This document shows, piece by piece, positions 44,581 to 59,154 of a stretch of DNA of 64,000 nt. Location of the stretch: NCBI RefSeq assembly GCF_009914755.1, contig NC_060937.1. One strand, 5' to 3'. The first letter of the stretch is position 1, and every line of letters begins with the position of its first letter. The DNA comes from the human T2T-CHM13v2.0 reference genome, Homo sapiens. Both the position numbers and the translations under genes were made by a program. The notes below the pieces were generated by a model. That model saw only the letters and a list, made by a program, of their open reading frames with translations. It searched no databases and was not told where the DNA came from.

Positions 44581-44679
44581 AACCTGTAAAGTCATTTTTT
44601 GCCATATAAGGTAACATTCACAGGTTCCAGGGATTAAGGAGTGTCTACCTTTCAGAAGATCATTGTTCGGCCTACTACA
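44581..44679 (-). mobile_element. MLT1B/C LTR, right part
   Basis: tttgccatataaggtaacattcacaggttccagggatta...cctactaca is the missing end of the element at 41607. Confidence 0.8.
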
Positions 44680-44985
44680 CCTGCTTCCAAATAACCCAAA
44701 GTAATTGGCAAACATGCACTAATCTCATTAAGCTTACTGGGATTTCATCTGTACTCAAATTCCTACTACGTGTACAATCAACAAAAATTCTCCAACCTTG
44801 TATATCTTCTCACCTCGCAGCCTGCCTATAATCAGAAAATCAATTCTATATTCATATTATATATTAATTAAAGGCATCACTAATTATTGCTAATGGTTCC
44901 TGGATGAGAAAAGAAGCAGTAAAGATTAAAGTTCCCAACAGCTATGGGAGAGAATTCAGGACAGTGATTAAGAATGTGTATTCTA

Positions 44986-45291
44986 GGCCAGGTGCGATGG
45001 CTCACGCCTGTAATCCCAGCACTTTGGGAGGCCGAAGCGGGTGGATCACTTGAGGTCAGGAGTTCAAGACCTGCCTGGCCAACATGGTGAAGCCTCATCT
45101 CTACTAAAAATACAAAATTAGCTGGGCGTAGTGACACGTGCCTGTAATCCCAGTTACTAGAAGGCTGAGGCAGGAGAACTGCTTGAGCCCAGGAGGTAGA
45201 GGTTGCAGTGAGCCAAGATTGTGCCACTGCACTCCTGTCTGGGCAACAGAATGAGACTTTGTCTCACAAAAAAAAAAAAAAGAAAGAAAGA
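44986..45291 (+). mobile_element. AluS nested in MIR
   Basis: TSD aagaatgtgtattct / aagaatgtatactct; MIR core continues to ~45520. Confidence 0.9.
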
Positions 45292-45516
45292 AAGAATGTA
45301 TACTCTGAAGCCAGCTTGCCTAGATTCAAATCTCAGCCTCATGAACTGGCAGCTGTGTGATTTTAGGCAGCTTAATCTCTGTGTACCTTGGTTTCCTCCT
45401 ATGGCAAACAAGATTAATAATACTACCTACCTCACAAGGTTGTTCTAAGAATTAAAGGAGTTGATAATTACAACGCACCTAGAACAGTGCTTGGCTCACT
45501 CAGAAAGGTTAACTAG

Positions 45517-45941
<425 letters not shown>

Positions 45942-48198
45942 TTAACAATCTATTTGATGGAAACGATTAGACGATTTACACTGAAGTCTGTGAGAACTTT
46001 TAGAGGACTCTCCTAATTAAAAAGAACTCCTTCATCAACTTGGACCACCAATTTACAGGCTCCCTTTGAATGGACTGACCTACATCCTAGAGATGGACAC
46101 TTCTAGAAGCCACATGTCCTGCTCTGCCACCACTACCTGTGTGTTGCCAAGAGTAATGAGAAACAGGTATTACTGAAAGGCTTTCCACAATCTGTAGGAC
46201 AACTGTTCTGTTCTACAAAGGATATAGGACTCAGGTCCAGGTATTGAGTGTGGCCTAGGGCAGGTTCCAAGTTTAATTCCTACGGAATTTTATCTGCCTT
46301 CACAAAGTCTCCACCCAGATACTTGCCCTGTCCTCTCAGCCTCCTCCATCTCTCTTCTATGCCCCAGTAGCTATCCCTACCATCTCAATGCTCACGGCTT
46401 AAGATATTTTCAAATGAGACCAAGTTGGTTAATTCACAAGCATCCCAAAGTCAATTGATTCGTAGCACAGCCAAAGTATCATACAATTACAATAGACTAA
46501 TTTCTACTATTTATACTTATCTATGGGAAGAGATATCTAAGCTACAAACTCTTTTACCCAAATCACAAGTGACTTGAAGCCCGCAACTATACATTTGGTA
46601 GAAAACAAGAATTTGCCAACTTTAACAGGACTCAAAGTAAAACAAGATTTCAGCGGGTACCAGAGCTCCTGCTTTCTTACACTAAGATAGGAGGGAGTGA
46701 CCAGTCTACCACTCCATTCTACTACTCGCTTGCTGCTTTGCAGAAGTGTGCAAAACACTGGCCACCTAAATTACTCCTATCCATCACATCACCAACCTAT
46801 ATTACTTGTTCCCATCAAAAACAGCTGCCCCAGGCTCAGATAATGACTGGGTGACCTGAAAAGATTTAGGATAACGTCACTTCATCCAATCAAGAAAAAG
46901 CCAAGAACTAACTTGACATCTGCAAGAACAGTGACTGACTTGACACCTACAAGTACAATTACTTTCTGAGGCATTGCTGGGAACTTTGATGGTCTCAAAG
47001 ATCCCTCTCCATCCAAAAAACAAGAGTTACTGGTGTGCAATCAAGAGCAGTGAAAGGTAGGCAAACTGGGAAGAGCTGCTCAGGAAGCAGTCTTGAGACT
47101 GGGATACTGAACTTTAGTACAGGAACAGAGTAGAGCTGTGCCTGGAACTTCTGCCCATGTTAAGATTTCCAGTTCAACAGGAAGGTGGTCCAAAATCAGT
47201 AGCATGCCCAGGCTCCTTGGCAGACAAACTCAAACTATCTCCAAAGAAAAGCATCTCTGGAATCCTACAGGTGAAGATAAAGCAATGAGCTTACAAAGAT
47301 AAATACGCACAAGAAAGAGAGCAAGCCATCATGAATCTGAGTCAATGTAGACAGCCCAGGTTGCAAACAGCAGAACTGTCAAATAAAGAATAAGAACAAT
47401 CAAGTAGGAAATGTCTAAAGAAATAAATGAATAAGAAACAAAGGACTATCAAGAATGCCCAGACAGATTTGAAAAATAAGCAAATGGAACTTATTAAAAT
47501 AAAAAATAATTGCTAAAATCAAATATTCAGAAAAGTAGCAGATTAGACATAGCTGATAACAAAATTAATGAACTGGAAGATATAACTAAAGAAATTACCA
47601 TATAAGCAAGAACCTAAATTAGTTTCAAAGTACCAAGAGTCCAAATTACTTCTAAATTAACTGGAAGTCATGATTCATACCAGACTCCCACCCAAAAACA
47701 CAGTGTTTTAGATGTGTTTTTTACCTTTACAGCTTAAGAGTGTTATCTTTTAGATGTCATTTCATCTTTATGAGAATCCATTTAACAAATGGCATGCTGA
47801 GATGGTCAATGTGACATACATAAGAATGAAAAACAGCACAGAGACTGGAAACCAAATGATGAAATCCTTCAATGAAACTTAACATAAATACTAATTTAGA
47901 TCCTGTTTTCATGACCTCCTTGCTGGGAATGAGTCACAGAAAATAACACCTCCTGTATTCTGGACCACAGAAGTTAAAACAAAATAAAATAAGATTATTA
48001 ACCCAGAGAGTAGACTATAAAAGGAAGAAAAGTCATTGCCTTAGTGGATTCTTCTCACATTAGGCAAAAATCTTTCATTGGGAAGTTAACTCTGTCCTAT
48101 TCATTCTTCAGATTTGTCAAGATAATGATCAAGTCCATACTTGATCCTTCTGCAAAATGTCACTATTCCTATGACCATTTTGATACTTAATTTGGCAT

Positions 48199-48252
48199 AA
48201 TTAATCTATGCTGTTCCTCATTTTCAATTAATCTATGCTGTTTCTCATTTTC
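48199..48252. repeat. 27-bp tandem duplication (1 mismatch)
   Basis: aattaatctatgctgttcctcattttc followed by aattaatctatgctgtttctcattttc. Confidence 0.9.
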
Positions 48253-48426
48253 AGTATTCTGATATATCTCATGTATCAGAATATGGGCTCTCAGTCTTAT
48301 TCAACTATTATTTTTAACTAAATGTTATAGTTAGCAACTGGTTCACAAACCATTATTCCCTTAATTTGTGAATCATGACTTAAATTTCTCACAATTTTTA
48401 CTTGCCCACATAAGGCAAATGCTGTA

Positions 48427-48488
<62 letters not shown>
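48427..48488. repeat. (CT)12(CA)19 compound microsatellite
   Basis: Direct reading. Confidence 0.95.
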
Positions 48489-48493
<5 letters not shown>

Positions 48494-48977
48494 TCCATAT
48501 TCCTAAGGAAAATGGTGGAGTGGTCAATGTGAAATTTCAATTCTGTTGGACTCATCCCAAATCTATCAACCCTCTATGTGATTTATTTACACACACAAAC
48601 CCCAAAATAATCATCACTGCCTATACTTTCACTAGTTGACACCAACGAAAAGACAAGGTGTTAATCATGACACTTTCCTTAAGTGTTAAACACAAGCAAA
48701 CCAGAATAGCAAGTTTCAAATATTTAGAATTCTTTCCAAGCTAAGCAAAACATTCTTTAGCAGTGACCACACCACCCGCCAAGTTCTAAAACTAGCTGTT
48801 TCAACTTGGAAAATTATATCTACCTTAAAAGTTCTTATATGTAATTAAAAGTTCTTATTAAAATAATAAGCAGAAAAAAAACCTGTCACCTAAAAGTTCA
48901 TTTTGATATATCTTATACCCTCTTACACTAGGGAGGAAGGGAGAACTTCGACTTAAAAAATGCAATGTCCACCTAGA

Positions 48978-48985
48978 TGACGTCA
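48978..48985. promoter_or_regulatory. Perfect palindromic CRE (TGACGTCA) in proximal intron 1
   Basis: Exact CREB/ATF 8-mer with its CpG intact, ~245 bp inside intron 1 next to the CpG island. Confidence 0.5.
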
Positions 48986-49089
48986 ATACATATACACGTT
49001 TGAACTGCTTTTCACATCAGCGTTAAGAAATTTGGGGGCAACACAAAGATCTGGGCATTTGTCACAGGATCCAACTACAACTAGACCCG

Positions 49090-50060
49090 GTCGTTGTCAA
49101 TCTATGATCTTTGGCACCTCTGGATCTCTAGAATAAAACTTGGTCCCCAAGTTCTTGTGGGCCCACCCTCGGCAGTCAGCCCTACGGCGGGGCGGGAGCG
49201 GCCCCACCCTAGCTCCAGGCGATACTCACAAACTTGGGGCGCTTCTCCCCAGGCTCCTCGGGGCCACTGGGCGGCGGAGGGTGTTGGGGGCCCTTCCTGC
49301 GCGGCATCTTGCTTTCCCGGCAGCCGCGGAGAGAGGCTGAGGAAGGGTAGGGAGTCCCAGCGGCTGAGCCTTGGGCCGGGTGGTGCAGCCGCGGCTGGTG
49401 CCGTTCCATCTTTCCCCGCAGCTCCGGGGACCGGAAAGAAGGTGGCCACTCAGCAAGCCGCAAGCTGGAAGCTGAGGGATCGACAACAGGTTTTACTCCC
49501 GGGGTCACCCAAACAGTCAGCACAGCCTAGCCCAACCGCTGAAGTCGGGGCCGCAGCCAACACATCTGAAAACTCCCGCCACCCGTGTTGGCCCGGGACT
49601 GGCCAATCCCGCGCCGCCGGATCAATGACACGCTGAGGCACCGCCCCTTCCGGGCACTGCGAAACATGATTGGCCTTGCGGCCTGTCTATGCAGCCGCTC
49701 AACCCTTCCGGCGGTCCAGGCCGCTCACCTTAAGGACGCAGAGTGGCGTCAGATTTGGAGAAGCGCCGGGGACCGTGGAGGAAGTCATCGGCCTGGATTT
49801 CTTTGGATTTGCAGATAGGGTTCCAGCAGAACTGGAAGGTGGGCGAGACAGGCCCTGCGCCACCATTTGAGCAGCGCTGGGATATAAAACCATCTGCTAG
49901 CCCTCTCCTTGCACGTCTGGGGCTGGAAAAAGTAGTTCTGGGACTGGGTACGGTGCTGGAAGGGGTACTAGGCAGGATGAAACGACGGGGCCCACGACGC
50001 TCCAAAAGGAAGCCTTCTGGACATATTTCCTGCCTAAGTGCTCGCTCTGGGGTGGCAGAG
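49090..50060. promoter_or_regulatory. DIAPH3: CpG island / DIAPH3 promoter and 5'UTR
   Basis: The only GC- and CpG-rich non-Alu segment. Contains CCAAT 49603-49607, ATTGG 49669-49673, GC box CCGCCCC 49641-49647, ETS CTTCCGG near 49647 and 49705, and an E2F-like CTCCCGCCA 49573-49581. Edges are approximate. Confidence 0.9.
49230..49409 (-). CDS. DIAPH3: DIAPH3 (diaphanous-related formin 3, mDia2) coding exon 1, codons 1-60
   Basis: Minus-strand translation MERHQPRLHHPAQGSAAGTPYPSSASLRGCRESKMPRRKGPQHPPPPSGPEEPGEKRPKF matches the human DIAPH3 N-terminus. The ATG at 49409 has good context (AAGATGG), the exon ends in phase 0 at donor GTGAGT (49229-49224), and it lies in a CpG island. Confidence 0.97.
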
Positions 50061-50976
50061 GGGTCCACCCAAAATCAGACAGAGCTAGGCTAGGCTGAGC
50101 CCTTCAGGAGCTCACAGTCTCCTGTAGTTTCCAAACCCTAACACAATTAACCAAGGAATGTAAATGTCTATAGCAGTTGTTTTAGAAGTTCCTTGAGAAC
50201 AAAAAGGGAAGTTATTAAATCTGAAGGAGTGGATCTGGAAAGGTAAAAGGAAAGCTGCATAGGTTTTCACTAGGCAGGAAACAGTGGCAGGGCATTCATT
50301 TAAAAGGCATTCCATTCCAGGCAGGAGCAAGGCCAAGAAAGCATAGAGGTGAAGAAACTTTAAGGTCACATAACAAAGGGCCTTGAACTGAAACCATGCA
50401 AAAGAGTTTGTTGTGTAAACCCAAGGTCAAGCTACAAGGCGAACACCGTTTTCTCAACACATCAATATACCCTCTTTAAAAATGAGCTTTTCCTTGGAAC
50501 TATTCCTTTAAGATATCTGTCTTCTGATTATATGGAGGTGGTGTAGGCCAAGACTCGGAAACATGCAGTATTGATTTTGGTACAAGAAACAACTCTAGGT
50601 ACTCTGAGGAGTTTGGCACAGAGGTTCAAAAAATGAGCCTTAGTTCTCAGTAAGTCTTCACACTACAGCTTTTCTTTTTTAATATTTGTTTTACTGTGCC
50701 AGACTCTACAGCTCTGTCCTCAAAGAGCACATAATCTTTAGGGAAACTTACAGGAGAACAGCAAGGTCAGGAGAACTACAAGTAGTTCCTTATATCTTGA
50801 TGACAGACCCAGATACAGATTTTATTCCTGCCATTTACTAGCTATTTGATACCGGAGATGACGTTTAACTTTCTTTGCTGCTTCATCTACAAAAGGGGGG
50901 TAATTATACTAATACCTATGAAAGAGGGGCATTTTCAGGCCTAAATAACATAGCATATGTAAAGCCCTTAGAGTTT

Positions 50977-51988
50977 TGTCAATGCTCCTACAGGAATACT
51001 GTAGTTGAAGAAGTTGGGATTATTACTCAGGGAGGGAGAACATGCACTATGGGGAGCCATGAAGTGTCTTAGGTAAATGGTATTAGAAAGCACTTAAAGG
51101 ATTTGGGCTTTGATTAGGTGATTTGGGAAAGACTCCGTGGAAAGAGGTGGGAAGGGTTGCTCAAGATTAAGTGCCTTCAGGAAGTGGAGACAGTTCAGTG
51201 ATTATCTTATCTAGGAGGATGGCAGGCTAAAAGACAAGCCTAAAGCTGTAACTGACAAGCATTAGTCATCCATATCATGGAGAGAGGGGAATGTTTGATT
51301 TTGAAAGACAAAACAAATTAAAGATCTAATTGGCTTTTATTTGCAATTCCAGAATAGGCAAAACTTCATTCTCTAAAATAGAATCTGTTCCAATGAGCTA
51401 AGCAGAGGAGGTTGGCTTTATAGGCAGAAAAAAGCTAGAGAACAGAAATAAGGAATGAGAAGCAGATGAGTTGTTTCAAAGTTACTTTCCTTATAGGGTT
51501 AAAACAGGGGAACTTTCTTAGCATACCAGCTCAGATAAACTTGGCCCCTTCTGATTGGGTGCTATGAATTTCCTGCTTTTTGGAAAACTGGCTGGTTTCA
51601 GAGTTGCTTTTGATTATGTGGCAATACGCATGAGGGACCATTCTGCTTTGGTCTGGTCTGCCGGAGCCTAGTGCAGCAGATTAGTCCAAAACTAAGGTTA
51701 GTCTATAATCATTTCCCATGAATTTATTTAACATTGATATTTTCTGATTTGCATACTGACCTTGTTATTGTCTGTGCTTAGACAAAACATGGAAGTGATC
51801 TTGTTTTGTCTCACTTCATCATGGTCACAGAGTGACCCTGTCTGATATTGCTGTTCTGTGAGATGCTGTTCATCAGGAGAACAACATGGCCTAGCTATGA
51901 GTGTCAGGCCAGTTTCTAAAAACACTGAGGCTTAGCTATAAGTGTCAAACTAGTTCCCTGATGTCAGGGACTGCTCCTTTCTTTCTCA
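50977..51988 (-). mobile_element. LTR37-like ERV1 LTR with a nested MER4-group LTR (~51302-51732)
   Basis: Reverse complement runs tgagaaagaaaggagcagtccctgacatc ... ggagcattgaca. The inner LTR's reverse complement starts tgttaaataaatt..ttttggactaatctgctgcactagg. Confidence 0.6.
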
Positions 51989-52716
51989 TGTCTTTGCCAC
52001 ATAGAAGGTACTAAATATAAGTAAACAGGAGCCATGATAATTAATTTTCAAGTTTACGTACAGCACTCTGAATTTTTTCTCATAGAAATGCACTGGAACT
52101 TCAGTGTACTAGTGAAAATATCTTTGTATAAGTTTTATGTTTTTTAAAGTACATTTTATATGTGTGCCCCAACATACTTAAACCTCATAACAGCATGCAC
52201 TGACCCTCATTTTGATCACCCAGCGAGATGATACACCCCAGTGAGTCAATAGTCATGGAAATAGAAAGTTGAAGGTGAAAAAAAAGGCCTGGAAAAGCTT
52301 GGAATCTAGGAATATATTTCTTCCCTTTATCATTTCTGTTCAGTGTCAACATCCAGAAAATTACTAATGCCTTTCTTTTGATGGCTCACTCTTATGGACC
52401 ATATGAGAAAGTTGTTGAAAGCTGAGGGAAGGAAGTGATTATCCTTAATCAATTTTTTTAAATGAGATGTCATTTACCCTCATTAAATTGGCAAATACTA
52501 CAAAGTTCCATGTTTCCAAGTTTGGGCCAAGTTGGGAATTCCTAGATAGATAGTGGAAGTGCAAAACAGGTATAGGCACTTTGGACAAAAACTTGGTAAT
52601 ACCTAGTAAAGGTGAAGGTATGTGTACCTATGACCCTGCAATTCCATGTCTAGATGTCTCCCTGGAAAAGCCCAAACATACACCTACAAAGATATTTCTT
52701 GAACACTTCTGCCATA

Positions 52717-53975
<1,259 letters not shown>

Positions 53976-55230
53976 TTCATAGAAGCAAAAATGGGTAACC
54001 TAACTGTCCTATAGTCAGGGAAAGAGCAAGAGATTACAGTGTGAAAGAGCTGTTACAGTGGAATTCTACACTACATATAAAATAAATATCTAAACCTACA
54101 TATGGATACATCTCAAAAACAGAAAAATCAAGTCGCAAAATATAAACAGCATACAAACAAAATTGTATATATACGTGTGTGTATATATACATAATATGTT
54201 ATATGTAAGTGCATGTTATAACACAGCAAAAACACAAGGGAATTATACACAACAACTTCACCTACTTTGAGAGAAAAAAGGAAGAAGGGGAAGGAATTAA
54301 AGCTGGAACTTCATAGTTAAAATATCTGTAAATGTTTTATTTATTAATAGGGAAAGATCTGAAGTAAATCTAGCAAAATATTAACATGTATTTAATCTCA
54401 GTGGTGGGATATTGGTTTCTATATTATTATTTTCTGTTTGTTGGAAATGCTTCATATTAAATTTTTAACACAATACACAAATTAGCAGAAAAATAGACAC
54501 TTTAGAACTAGGCCCCTTAACTTTGTTCCTCCACAAATTCTTGGTTTATTGGCATTGAGCCCACGATGAGATATTAAGTCTATGTAAGAAAGTATAAAAT
54601 AATTAATTTCCTTTCAGGATGATTTTAAGTTGATTTTTAATTCTGGATAATAAAATATATTATTTCCCCTCCACCTTGCCTTTCCACTTTCTTCTATTCT
54701 CTCTTCTCACATCCCTTTTTCTTCTCTCCCTTAAAGTAGTGCAGAGACAGAGTCAAAAGACAGGAAAACATTTCACTCTTCCAGTTTCAGGTTAGATTAA
54801 AAATTCAGTTCTTTACCATGCATGCTTTCCAAGTGGTCAGTATATTAAAAGAAGAACCATTCAGTTACCTGTCTAATTCAATGCCTAATTGATTTAATTT
54901 CACAACTTTCATTATTATTTCACCATCTGACTACAGCAGAAATATACCTCACTGAACACAAATCTTATAGCATTTTGTGCTTAATGACAGGGTATTAGAA
55001 TATTATCTTGCCAACAGCACTGACTTTGCACCTTCCATTTCAAACCCTCAGTGATAAGATATAATGCTGTTACTTGTCTTACAGGATTTGTGGCATGGCA
55101 CTTTCCACACTCTCCACATGCTTGTGTGTCTTAAGATTGCTGCTGTTTAACAATATAAGGTTACATGGGAAAGAAGCAAAATAGGTACAAAGACTAACCA
55201 CTGATATAGTCACATAATGTATGTGTCTAC

Positions 55231-55421
55231 ACTAAGGCTTCTCAACCTTGGCACCATTGACATTTGGGGCTGGATAATTGTTTGTGTGGGAGCTGTCCTG
55301 TGCATTGCAGGATGTTTAGCAGGATTCCCGGCCTATATTCAATAGATGCCAGTAGCAGACCCAGACCCATGGTTGTGACAACTAAAAATTTCCCCAGACA
55401 TTGCCAAGTATCCCTGAGGGG
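55231..55421. mobile_element. MER20
   Basis: ttctcaaccttggcaccattgacatttggggctggataatt...tagatgccagtagca...ccagacattgccaa. Confidence 0.85.
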
Positions 55422-55593
55422 CTGAGTAATATTCCATTATATGGACATAACACTTCGATTTGGCTTATCCACTCATCAGTTGATGGACATTTGGGACATT
55501 TCCACCTTGTGGCTATTTTGAATAATGCTGCTACAAATACTCATGTACAACTTTTTGTGTGAACCTAAGTATTTACTTCTGTCACGTATACAC

Positions 55594-56353
<760 letters not shown>

Positions 56354-56547
56354 ATATGCAGTGGAGGAATTTCTGGGTCATACAGTAATCCTATATTTGA
56401 GGAATTGGGCCATTTTGCATTCTCACCAGCAGTGCATGAGGGTTCTAATTTCACCACATCCTCATCAACAATATTTTAAAATCTGACTTTTTGAATTTAG
56501 CTATCCTAGTGTGTGTGAAGTGGTTTTGATTTGCTATTTTCTGTTAA

Positions 56548-56715
56548 AAAAATGTTATTGGAATATAGCTACACCCATTCCTTTATATATTGTCTATAGC
56601 TGCTTTTGCTCTACAATAGTAGAGGTAAGAAGTTTTAACGGAGATCACATAGCCTGCAAAGCCTAAAGAATTTGCTATCAAACCCTTTACAGAAAATGTT
56701 TTCTGAGCCCTGCTA
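56548..56715. mobile_element. MER58A-like
   Basis: ttattggaatatagctacacccattc...gcctgcaaagcctaaa...ccctttacagaaaa. Confidence 0.75.
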
Positions 56716-58569
56716 AAGGATGTTTTTTCCCTTATTGTATCACAATTACTTTTGTTTGGTTATTTCTTTTTCTTCAATGAGAGTAGTATTCTAGTAAAAA
56801 GTAAATGTTAATTTTGGACAAGTGTTCACAATGGAGCTAAGTACTTGCCTTTGCCATATTATACACCCACACAGGCTTTAATCCTTTTTTTTTCTTTAAC
56901 CTATTTAACAAGGTCAAAAATATCTTGCCATCATAATGAATCACTGCGGAGAACCAAGTTGATTTAAGGTACATCTGAAAAGCAAAATGATAGCAGGAAG
57001 AGATGGCAAAAAAAAGCCAAATTATTAAAATTATTAAATTATTATATGGATATGTGATTCTTCTTAAAATACATTAAAGCAATTTGTGCTCTGATAAGTT
57101 TTCTCCAAGGTCTTATGCTCTAAGTTCAGATAGAAATTCTTCATAGGGAATGTAATTAGTATAACACAGTTTAATGTCATGCTTAATAGTTTCCCAGAAT
57201 GTTTTGATTAGAAAATTAATCTGCCCCTGTTTGTAGATGATAGAGCCGTTTAAAGGAGAACAGAAATATTCCTATTAGTGTGAGATACTTAACTAAGGTT
57301 CAGTTGAAAGTGTTAGATGTCACTACCAGATCGTATTCCCAGTATTAAATAAGTAGAAAAAAGGAATTAGGTAATTATTAAGACTCTTGTAAGATTACAG
57401 TTTAATTCCTTTAAAGCACAATTACTAAAACCTAAATATAATTTGTTGAGTCACTTGGAAAATAATTTGTCTGACAATAGCAAATAGAAATTATGTCCCA
57501 AAGCTAAAAAGAAATGTAAAATAAACGATAAGAATTCTGTGGTGCCCAATAGAGATTTTCAAATTGTCTGTTTCTTTCATCTATATTTCTGTCTCATCAC
57601 CACATATGCTTTTCTTTTTATCCTCAGGTGAATTGCTGTGTTGTGGACATTCCTCAAGATCAAATGTACATAAAACCTGTCTGTATCTACGTCTCTCCTT
57701 AGGGTGTCCATTTGTGTGCATTATTTGCTTTCTGTTTTGTTCTTTGAACCCATTGTAACACAATAGACTTAAAATTATTTACTAAATTTGCTTTGATTAA
57801 GGTATTGCTGTTTATATTTGGGTCATGAAAGAGTAACGTGTAATTAGTTGCAACAGTTACAAGGGCAAGTTAGCGTCCTTACCTTTTTGCTGAGATGTCT
57901 GAAATATTTACAGTTTCTTGTGAAATCAAGCTGTGCCTGCACACTGTCCTGACACTGCAGTCACAAGTCACCAGATAATTTTATACTGCCAGAGCCTCAT
58001 TCTCAGTCTTTGATCCCTCTTTATTTGCTGCTGTTGATCACAGTATCCTTCTTGAGACTCTTTTCTCACTTATTTCTCTCATCATCTCTCTAAAAATTAT
58101 CTCCCTGACCTCTGCTTGGGCTTTTCTTTCTCTCCCCATCTTCTAGTGGGATGGTATGCCTCTTTGTGTAGAATGCTTTGAGACAGAAAGCCTGATTTAG
58201 TTCCACTATGTGGGCACCTTCCAAATAATAAAACAACTGGAGGAGTGAATGCTTACTCAGGACAAATCTGCCTCAGTTTATTCATGGGGAAAATGAGGAG
58301 TTCAAATTGTATTCCCCAGACATTCAAACTGGGATACTCAGAGCTCTAAGCTTTCACACCAGTACTTCAGGGACCACTGCAGAAGGTGAGGGAAAAAGCA
58401 TCCATGTGGTATGATTCTAGACCCTCCCTCTAGGGACGTTTAAACTGACATTGCTTTTACCTGTTTGTTTTATTATTCAACACGAGGTACCATGTGAAAC
58501 AAAAAAAGAAGTCAGCAAAAAAGAATAAAACCTTTATTAAATGAAATGGGTTATAAATCAGTGTTTCTT

Positions 58570-59154
<585 letters not shown>

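Noticed and set aside
49094-50093. Many overlapping 60-180 aa ORFs on both strands
   Set aside because: Expected stop-codon scarcity in a CpG island; only the DIAPH3 frame matches a known protein.
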